A program made the translations under genes and the position numbers. The notes under the pieces are model-generated. The model was not told where the DNA came from. It ran no database searches and was given only the letters and a program-made list of their open reading frames with translations. Below are positions 32,055 through 39,787 of a stretch of DNA of 64,000 nucleotides, one piece after another (the stretch's first letter is position 1; the number at the start of each line of letters is the position of its first letter). Origin of the DNA: Candidatus Calescibacterium sp. (GTDB lineage Bacteria > DRYD01); NCBI GenBank assembly GCA_025057615.1, contig JANXBF010000001.1, positions 67,185 to 131,184 of the forward strand, in the 5' to 3' direction.

Positions 32055-33127
32055 CTTTCAACCCAATATATTAAAAACAAGCCCGAAAATAACATAACAA
32101 AATTACCACCAAAAGCTGCTAAAAAAGGATTCAACAAATTATTCTTCCCCAAAGCAACAAAAAAAGAAAATAAACTGTAATAAATGAAAATCAAAAAAAC
32201 ACTAATAAGCAACCCCATAAATTTCCCTCTATTAGCGAACATAACTGCCAAAGGTAAAGATAAAATAACAACAACAACACATGAAAGAGGCAAACTGAAT
32301 TTCAGATACAACTGAGTCTTCAAAAAATTATCCCTCCATCCAAATCTTTCTCTGTTATCCAGCTCTCGTTTCAACTCACTGTAGCTCATCTCCCAAGGAT
32401 TCCTCAATTCCTTTATAATATCATCAAAAGATAAATTAAATGGAATTATCAATTTTTCAAACTTCACCTGGCTTTTTACAAAACCATCTTTAGACAAATC
32501 AACCAAAAAACCATCCTCAAGAACTATAGATAACCCTTGAATATATCCTCTCTTAGATGTTATAATTCTTGAGAAATTACCAACCCTCACATCAGATATA
32601 ACAACATTCTGTAGAACTTTATTGATTTTATCAACACTTCGCACTATTACTATCTTACCATCAGGCATCTTAAAAAAAACATCAGACTGAATAAAAGAAA
32701 TACTATTCCTTATAATCTTTTCTTTTATAATATCTTCAGAAATTTTCATGGTCAAAGGAACAATATTCTCATTCAAAAAGAAATTTAAAAAAGTCATAAA
32801 AATAGAAACACTAACAAAAGGTAGAACTATATGGTAAAACCTAAAACCCAATATTCTCATTGAAGTTATCTCAAAATTTGACTCCAGTTTAGTTACAGAG
32901 TTTATAACAGCAAAAAGTATAGCAACAGGTATAGCTATAACACTAAAAGCAGGAATCCTATAAACAATTATTTTTGCCACACTTATCAAATCTACCCCTC
33001 TGCTAACAACATGGTCCACCAAAACAAACATCATCTCACTTATCATAAAAACAATAAACCCCAACAAACCAACAAAAAATGGCTTAACCATCTCTAAAAT
33101 CAAATACCGATAAAAAATAGCTCTCAT
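32051..33127 (-). CDS. LPS export permease, LptF/LptG (YjgP/YjgQ) family paralog
   Basis: It is a paralog of the downstream gene with the same topology, and their start and stop codons overlap. Confidence 0.7.
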   Translation of the reverse strand: MRAIFYRYLILEMVKPFFVGLLGFIVFMISEMMFVLVDHVVSRGVDLISVAKIIVYRIPAFSVIAIPVAILFAVINSVTKLESNFEITSMRILGFRFYHIVLPFVSVSIFMTFLNFFLNENIVPLTMKISEDIIKEKIIRNSISFIQSDVFFKMPDGKIVIVRSVDKINKVLQNVVISDVRVGNFSRIITSKRGYIQGLSIVLEDGFLVDLSKDGFVKSQVKFEKLIIPFNLSFDDIIKELRNPWEMSYSELKRELDNRERFGWRDNFLKTQLYLKFSLPLSCVVVVILSLPLAVMFANRGKFMGLLISVFLIFIYYSLFSFFVALGKNNLLNPFLAAFGGNFVMLFSGLFLIYWVER

Positions 33128-34635
33128 ACCAGATAACTCATAACAAAATCTTTTATATACCTAGGTAACCTATAAAGCGAATAATCAACAACTAATCTCT
33201 CAGTCGATCTATGAGCATCAAAACCCAATACACCCCAATCAACACAAGGCATACTCACCTTGTTAATCGTTTCAACATCCAAATAATAATATTTACCCCA
33301 TCCCAACATGTTCTTCTTCAATAAATTGCACTCCCCAATTCCCCCCAAAAAACTCAAATCAGAAATATAAGGGAAATAGTTATACACCTCTATCTTTTCA
33401 TCCAATCTGTCAATATACTCCTTTATTTTAGTCTTTATTTCATTCATCGAATTAACACTTGGATAATAAGGAGGCAATAGAAAAATAAGAACAAAAGGAT
33501 GATCAATTTTAAGACCACTCAGCCAATTTTTTAAAGAAACAATCAAATCTTCCCTATAGTCACCAAAACCATATGAAGCATATGAATCAAAATTACCATA
33601 AATATCTATAAACTCACCCAATGAATAAACCTTGAAATCCAATAAATCAAAATTCATACCCAATTTTTTCATAACCTTTTTTCTCTTAAATACAACCTCT
33701 TTAACAGCTTCATTAGCAACATTCTTGTACTTCTCAATTATATCAGCAATACCATCATTAAAAAAAAGATGATTAATATAAGCAAAAGAATACAAATTAG
33801 TTTTAACATTATAAGATTCTCTCAAATCCCTAACTTTCATTACACTTGGAGGATTTGTGAATTCATTCTCAAAATGTTCAATCAAATATTCATTATCCTC
33901 AATCTTGCTCAATATGGAACATAATATATAATTCGAATTCAATCCTTCTAGAGATTGGCCAACATGCGTTTCAAGTCCCTTAACCAATATTCCAATCAAA
34001 ACTTTTCCAATACTACCCAAGTAAATCGCCTTCTTTACAGTATAATCTGTGTTCAAACAAAATAAAAAATTTAATGAATTTTCATTTTTAATTTTTTCCA
34101 AGAAATACAATGAATTTATCATGCCCTTAGAGTCACCCTCTTCATCACAAACAAAAAGGAAAATAGCGTAACCACTCCAACTGTTAATATTTTCGACCAA
34201 ATTCTTCAGAACTTCAATGTTTACAGCAATACCAGCCTTCATATCCAGAATGCCCCTACCGAATTCAATATTATCCCTAACTAATTCAGGGCAGACTTGT
34301 TTCATATGAATCCTCAAACTCTGTGGATCAAATGCGAAATCTCTCAAACTACCATAATCCTCAATATCAACAGTATCAAAATGTCCTAAAAAAACTACGG
34401 CATTACTACTATATCCTTTCCTACCTTTCAAAACAGCAATAACATTTTTCCTGTTTAAATCATCATCTGCCAAATCTTGCAAAAATACAAAGAAATTTTC
34501 ATCACTCAAACCGCTCAAACTTCTCAATTCTAGCAAATAATTATAAATAAATTTAGCAATTTCAATTTCCCCTACAGTTGAATTGACACTCGGAATAGAA
34601 ACCATCCTAAACAACAATTCCTTAATTCCCAGCAT
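33124..34635 (-). CDS. M20-family metallopeptidase (ArgE/DapE-like) with an N-terminal extension
   Basis: VVFLGHFDTVDIEDYG matches the GHxDTV motif and EFGRGILDMKAGIAV matches the GRGxxDMK motif. Confidence 0.7.
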   Translation of the reverse strand: MLGIKELLFRMVSIPSVNSTVGEIEIAKFIYNYLLELRSLSGLSDENFFVFLQDLADDDLNRKNVIAVLKGRKGYSSNAVVFLGHFDTVDIEDYGSLRDFAFDPQSLRIHMKQVCPELVRDNIEFGRGILDMKAGIAVNIEVLKNLVENINSWSGYAIFLFVCDEEGDSKGMINSLYFLEKIKNENSLNFLFCLNTDYTVKKAIYLGSIGKVLIGILVKGLETHVGQSLEGLNSNYILCSILSKIEDNEYLIEHFENEFTNPPSVMKVRDLRESYNVKTNLYSFAYINHLFFNDGIADIIEKYKNVANEAVKEVVFKRKKVMKKLGMNFDLLDFKVYSLGEFIDIYGNFDSYASYGFGDYREDLIVSLKNWLSGLKIDHPFVLIFLLPPYYPSVNSMNEIKTKIKEYIDRLDEKIEVYNYFPYISDLSFLGGIGECNLLKKNMLGWGKYYYLDVETINKVSMPCVDWGVLGFDAHRSTERLVVDYSLYRLPRYIKDFVMSYLV

Positions 34636-35788
34636 ATTTCTTCCACACCTCCAAATATTTATAAGCTATCTTATCAATACCAAAATTGTTCCTAACATAT
34701 TCATTCATAAAAATATACTTGTCAAAGGAAAATAAATTCAGGGACAAATTCAAATTCAAAGGGTCTATTAACTTAATAGATTTTCCAACATATTCATGAA
34801 ATATCTCTCCATACGGGCTATTCTTAGTGATAACCAACGGTTTATTCATATACATTGCTTCTAAACCAACAAATCCAAAGCTCTCCACTAAAGAAGGCAA
34901 AACAACAAACAAACTATTCTTAATAAATTCTAAGGAAAGCTTTCTTAAAAAGAAATATCTATCCTTACCATTGTAACTAACATTTAACCGGTTCACATTG
35001 ATCAATATAACACCATTATTTGAAATTTCAGTAAGAGTATTATAATATTGTTGATCATATTCCTGATCACTCCCAAGAATAACCAATGGAAACTCTTTGT
35101 TAATTTTTTTTTTCTTATACTCAACAACAAAATTGTTAATATTCTTTATCCTATCAAATCTACCAATGAAAAGTGCGTAACTTTCAGGAATACCATAGAT
35201 CCTTCTAAAATCCTTAAAATCTAAATAACTACTATTATTCATCAAATAATCAATCTCTTCATAATCAATAGGATTATATATAACATAAAAATCAATATTC
35301 CCAACATCTAAATTTAACAAACTTAAAAAATTTAAAAACTCTCTTTTTTCAGTTTCTGAATTAACAATTATATACTTTATTCTTCCTTTTTTCAAAAATT
35401 TCTCTTTGAAATTATAAATGAAAATCCTGTTCTTCTTGATAAACTTCAAAGTATCAAAAAAAAGAAAAACCCTTCTGAATACAGAATTACCAGAAAATAG
35501 TCTGACAAATAAAGAAGAAGAGTTATAAATATTGTAATATAGAAAATTATAGAAATTCGGATTAAAACCTATACTAAAATCCAATTCAGAAGAAAAAAAC
35601 GACAAAAAGAAGAAAAACAAATGATTAATATCATTCTTAGGAGATAAACCACCAAATTCAATATCAAAATTTTTTCTCAAATATTTTATTATCCAATAAG
35701 TTTGCAAGACATCACCAGCAATCCTCAAAGGATAAACATCATCACCTATAAATAAAGCATTATAACTAACAGAAAAACCAACTTTCAT
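34622..35788 (-). CDS. glycosyltransferase family 1
   Basis: The C-terminal ESFGFVGLEAMYMNKPLV motif belongs to the GT4 retaining-GT family. Confidence 0.65.
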   Translation of the reverse strand: MKVGFSVSYNALFIGDDVYPLRIAGDVLQTYWIIKYLRKNFDIEFGGLSPKNDINHLFFFFLSFFSSELDFSIGFNPNFYNFLYYNIYNSSSLFVRLFSGNSVFRRVFLFFDTLKFIKKNRIFIYNFKEKFLKKGRIKYIIVNSETEKREFLNFLSLLNLDVGNIDFYVIYNPIDYEEIDYLMNNSSYLDFKDFRRIYGIPESYALFIGRFDRIKNINNFVVEYKKKKINKEFPLVILGSDQEYDQQYYNTLTEISNNGVILINVNRLNVSYNGKDRYFFLRKLSLEFIKNSLFVVLPSLVESFGFVGLEAMYMNKPLVITKNSPYGEIFHEYVGKSIKLIDPLNLNLSLNLFSFDKYIFMNEYVRNNFGIDKIAYKYLEVWKKYAGN

Positions 35789-37290
35789 ATACCAACCAAT
35801 CTGAAATATGGTAATCTAACATTATACAAGTCCTTGTTAACAAAAATAGAACAGTTATACAAATAAGATTTCCAAAATATAAATTTCAAGAACTCATCCC
35901 TGGAATAATCCATCTCGTTAAAATAACTCATATCTAATAACAAATTGACCTTAAACGGATAATTATTAAAAACTATTTTCTTATTATAATTTACATTCTT
36001 CCAAAAATTACCATCAATAACAAAAAAGATTTCCTTATTATTGTAACTATTTTTAAAAAAATCAAAGAAATACAGATCATCATTAAAATCAAAATAATAT
36101 CCCTTAACAAAAGATAAATTCGATGTGCTGTATATTAACTCTCTGATCCACCTACTTCTATCCTCAGAATCAAAAAGAATTATATTCATATCTTTGGGAC
36201 TACTAAACAATATAACACTTGAAGAATACAAATTCTTAACTATAAAATTTATAGAATCCTTATAATTTTCGAAGAAAATTTTCTCATCTTTGTTCATATA
36301 CCAGGCAATCAATTTACTTAGCATGGCGTTATATATCTCCTTATTACTATACAATTGTTTATTATAACCCAAAGGAGTAAAAATAATATCACTTTTCCGT
36401 ATCTGATCAAGGGAAAATTTCAAATGATAATCAATTTTGTCTCTATAAATTTCAATAGAAGTGTAATAATTTAAATATATTTCAATATTGGGTATAGAAG
36501 AGCTATTACTTACAAAATAGTCAACAATCCTTCTATTTTCATTAATAACAGCTTCATATATCTCCTTAGTTTGCATAGCAACTATATCATTCCGATTATC
36601 AGAATCTCCATTTTCTTTTTTCTCAGAAACCTTTATAACCGATCGAACATTTCCCTCGATTATCATTAAATCTTTATCAATATTATAGGTTATCTTATCA
36701 GCTTTAATAATCTGGTCTTTATTTTTACCCTCAACATTACCTTTGAGTATCATCACTTTCGTTTTATCACTATAGATTAATTGATCAGCTGTAAGATACA
36801 AGTCTTTAGAAATAATTCTCAACTTATCAGGTATGAATATGTTTTCACTTTCCCAATTATACACCAACTTATCGGTATAGAGTTCAAAATATTCCCATTG
36901 ATTCTTTGAGTTCTTGTTTTTTTCAGAATTCTTATCTTTCTTATTATTCTTAACCCTCAGATAAACTCTTTGTAGAGCAATAGCTTGTTTCTTTTCAAAG
37001 AAAACATCAATAAAAGAAGATTTCAAAAAAACTTGTGGATTATACATTCTGGGGTTACCTTCGGCCTTGCCATATTTCTTATCCTCATAATATCTAAAAA
37101 AGTCACAACTTATCTTAGAATCAGAATAAAATATCTGCACATTTCCAGAAAGCTCAAATACCTTGTTCTTAGCATCATAAAACAATCTGTCACTGGTATG
37201 ATAAATATACTTATGAGGTTGATCATTTGCTGAAACTGATCCAAATAATGCCAACAAAGAAATAAAAAAATAAAAAATAATCCCAAACAT
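35785..37290 (-). CDS. OstA/LptA-like domain protein (a short LptD-like or LptA-like LPS transport component), secreted
   Basis: A signal peptide is present. Two OstA-N-like repeats (GNVQIFYSD..ISCDFF and LKGNVEGKN...IIEGNV) are followed by a Y/F-rich 250-aa C-terminal region. Confidence 0.45.
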   Translation of the reverse strand: MFGIIFYFFISLLALFGSVSANDQPHKYIYHTSDRLFYDAKNKVFELSGNVQIFYSDSKISCDFFRYYEDKKYGKAEGNPRMYNPQVFLKSSFIDVFFEKKQAIALQRVYLRVKNNKKDKNSEKNKNSKNQWEYFELYTDKLVYNWESENIFIPDKLRIISKDLYLTADQLIYSDKTKVMILKGNVEGKNKDQIIKADKITYNIDKDLMIIEGNVRSVIKVSEKKENGDSDNRNDIVAMQTKEIYEAVINENRRIVDYFVSNSSSIPNIEIYLNYYTSIEIYRDKIDYHLKFSLDQIRKSDIIFTPLGYNKQLYSNKEIYNAMLSKLIAWYMNKDEKIFFENYKDSINFIVKNLYSSSVILFSSPKDMNIILFDSEDRSRWIRELIYSTSNLSFVKGYYFDFNDDLYFFDFFKNSYNNKEIFFVIDGNFWKNVNYNKKIVFNNYPFKVNLLLDMSYFNEMDYSRDEFLKFIFWKSYLYNCSIFVNKDLYNVRLPYFRLVGI

Positions 37291-37298
37291 AAAAATAA

Positions 37299-38333
37299 TT
37301 AAAACTTGTAAACTGAAGCCTTTTCCAACCTATTCATTATAGAAATTCCTAAACCTTTCTTCTGAACTCCCACAACAATTATAATATTTCTATCACTCTT
37401 ATCAGCTAAATATAGTTTCTCAAATAAATTAGAAGCAATAACTCTAAAATCAAATTCATCAGACAGATAATCAACAATACCAAAATCATTTTCATTTACC
37501 TCGAACTCTCTTGAAGGTAAAATTAAAAACAAATCCTTGAAATTATTGAATTTTGTTTTTAGTACTTCATAAACTTTTTTAACTGTACCCACATAATCTA
37601 TATTTCCATCATGTAAAACAGGATATACAAGGACAGTTTCTTTTTTGGGGCTGTAATGTTTTTGTAGCTGTCCAGGCGCAATAATCTCAGAATCATCATG
37701 AAATTTTACACCCTTATTAACTACTCTTTCTATTTTTTCTATTTCCAAAGCACCAGGTCTCAAAAGAAAAACATCACCATTCTTAAAGGTTATAACAGTA
37801 GATTCCAATCCAAAATAACACTTACCCCCATCTAATATACAGTCTATTTTTTTATTAAGGGTTTCAGCAACTTGATAAGCAGAAGTTGGAGACACATATC
37901 CAAAAGGATTAGCACTGGGAGCAGCAATAGGGACCCCAGAATACTCTATTAGTTTAAGCGCAACAATATTATTGGGCATCCTCAGAGCAACAGTGGATAA
38001 TCCAGCCGTAACTATAGAAGGGATAACATCGTTCTTTTCCAAGACAATAGTTAAGGGACCAGGCCAAAAAACATCAATCAGTTTCTTTACATCATCATTC
38101 ACAAATCTGGAATACAAAAATATATCTTCTTTCTTAGAAATATGAACTATTAATGGGTCAAACTCGGGTCTACCTTTAACCTCAAATATCTTTGCAACTG
38201 CAACCTTATCAAGAGCATTGGCACCCAATCCATAAACAGTCTCCGTGGGAAAAGCAACTATACCGCCGGCTTTTATTATATTGGAAGCCAAAATTATGTT
38301 ATCATCATAGTAAGCCGATAGCCATTTCGTCAT
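37299..38333 (-). CDS. tsaC: L-threonylcarbamoyladenylate synthase (Sua5/YwlC type, TsaC plus a Sua5 domain)
   Basis: TETVYGLGANALD is the YrdC motif. The length of 344 aa indicates that the Sua5 C-terminal domain is present. Confidence 0.85.
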   Translation of the reverse strand: MTKWLSAYYDDNIILASNIIKAGGIVAFPTETVYGLGANALDKVAVAKIFEVKGRPEFDPLIVHISKKEDIFLYSRFVNDDVKKLIDVFWPGPLTIVLEKNDVIPSIVTAGLSTVALRMPNNIVALKLIEYSGVPIAAPSANPFGYVSPTSAYQVAETLNKKIDCILDGGKCYFGLESTVITFKNGDVFLLRPGALEIEKIERVVNKGVKFHDDSEIIAPGQLQKHYSPKKETVLVYPVLHDGNIDYVGTVKKVYEVLKTKFNNFKDLFLILPSREFEVNENDFGIVDYLSDEFDFRVIASNLFEKLYLADKSDRNIIIVVGVQKKGLGISIMNRLEKASVYKF

Positions 38334-38545
38334 TCTTCTCCCAAAACAATATTTTTAATCTCTTTTCTATTAAAATTTTCATCGTATATATAATCCTTAT
38401 TTTCATCTTCATCTTTAGAATATTTGTGCTTCCCTGAGCAATAGGGGAAATTATCGCTCAAGCCACACATACAGATCCATATTTTTTTATCACTTACTTC
38501 TATGAGCAATGGTCCCTTTTTATGAAACTTAACGTATCTTGGCAT
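38330..38545 (-). CDS. CDGSH iron-sulfur domain protein (start corrected to avoid overlapping tRNA-Phe)
   Basis: CMCGLSDNFPYCSGKH fits the C-x-C-x2-S-x3-P-x-C-x-G-x-H consensus. The listed ORF start at 38587 runs into the tRNA, and the internal ATG at 38543-38545 gives a 71-aa product. Confidence 0.65.
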   Translation of the reverse strand: MPRYVKFHKKGPLLIEVSDKKIWICMCGLSDNFPYCSGKHKYSKDEDENKDYIYDENFNRKEIKNIVLGEE

Positions 38546-38555
38546 ATCATGGATA

Positions 38556-38628
38556 TGCCGAGGCCCAGAGTCGAACTGGGGACACACGGATTTTCAGTCC
38601 GCTGCTCTACCTCCTGAGCTACCTCGGC
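38556..38628 (-). tRNA. tRNA-Phe (anticodon GAA), CCA not encoded
   Basis: The reverse complement folds by hand into a cloverleaf: acceptor GCCGAGG/CCTCGGC, D-arm GCTC..GAGC, anticodon stem GCGGA/TCCGT with loop CTGAAAA, T-arm CCCAG-TTCGACT-CTGGG. Confidence 0.85.
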
Positions 38629-38844
38629 TAAAAATCCTCTACCTTATTCTATTCTATCAAACTATTATTAATCCTCCTAAATGGTAAATGGGAAACATTC
38701 TAAACCTTATTTCCCAACTTTTTGAATATCATAATTTAAACATTTTAATCAGTTTTTTACATTTTTAACAAAATCAGACTTGAAAATATTAAGAAAAGAT
38801 GCCAAGAATTTAAAAGATAATTCTACCCAAAGGAGGGGCAAATC

Positions 38845-39787
38845 ATGTGGGGTATAAGTAATATAAATTTTAGTTTCAGACAAACCTCAATATCATCAAC
38901 ATCAATACCTTTTTCTCAAATAAACTATCAAATCTTTTCTTACAATATAAACGATAATCTAAATATTTCAAATTTGAATAATGTTAACCCTCTGATAAAT
39001 GGTTTAGTTGGAGGGTTATTAGGTGGAATGATAGGAGGACTGCTTGGAGGGCTACTAAGTTCAAACCCACTTTCCATAGGATTTCCTCAAAATAACAACC
39101 AGAATATCAATAACCAAATGCTAATCAATCTACTATTTTTATTACTAATGCTAATAGCCTCTCAAAATCAAAACAATAATTTTGGCGGAATACCATTTGG
39201 CCATGGAATACCATTTGGTAATTCTCCTTCAATACATGGATTACCGTTTGGCCAAGTACCATTTGGAAGTGGAATACCGTTTGATAGCTTGCCTTTAGGA
39301 AGAGGAACACCATTCGGTGGTAGCATATCACCATTCGGATTTCCAAATCCGAATAACTCCATTCCAGGTATACAACAACCACTCCCAATAGGTCCACAAC
39401 AAGGAGAAGAATTACAAGGAGGAAATGGAAGCGTTGTTAATCTTGCACTCCAACAAGTAGGAAAGCCATACGTATTCGGCGCAGAAGGGCCAAATGCCTT
39501 TGATTGCTCAGGTCTTGTACAGTGGGCTTTTCAAAAAATTTGGTAAGAACTTACCAAGAACAGCAGAAGAACAATTCAGAATAGGAACTCCAGTACCAAG
39601 AAATCAACTACAACCAGGTGATCTGGTATTCTTCGCTAATACTTACAAACCGGGAATATCACATGTCGGAATATACATAGGAAATGGTAAATTTGTCCAT
39701 GCAGCAAATAGTAGAAAAGGAGTAATAGTCAGTAGTCTATCTGAAGCTTATTACGCTCAACACTATGCAGGCGCCAAAAGAGTATAA
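38845..39787 (+). pseudogene. NlpC/P60 family cell-wall peptidase interrupted by a +1 frameshift in an A6 tract near 39535. It has an N-terminal Gly-zipper and GIPFG tandem repeats.
   Basis: Frame 1 ends ...DCSGLVQWAFQKIW*. Frame 2 continues KKFGKNLPRTAEEQFRIGTPV...GDLVFFAN...ISHVGIYIGNGKFVHA, so the Cys and His catalytic residues fall in different frames. Deleting one A in caaaaaattt restores the canonical WAFQKFGKNLPR. Confidence 0.7.
39187..39300 (+). repeat. intragenic degenerate approximately 15-18 bp tandem repeats (ggaataccatttgg...) encoding GIPFG / GLPFG / VPFG units
   Basis: At least five copies are visible in the sequence at 39187, 39205, 39238, 39255 and 39270. Confidence 0.6.
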
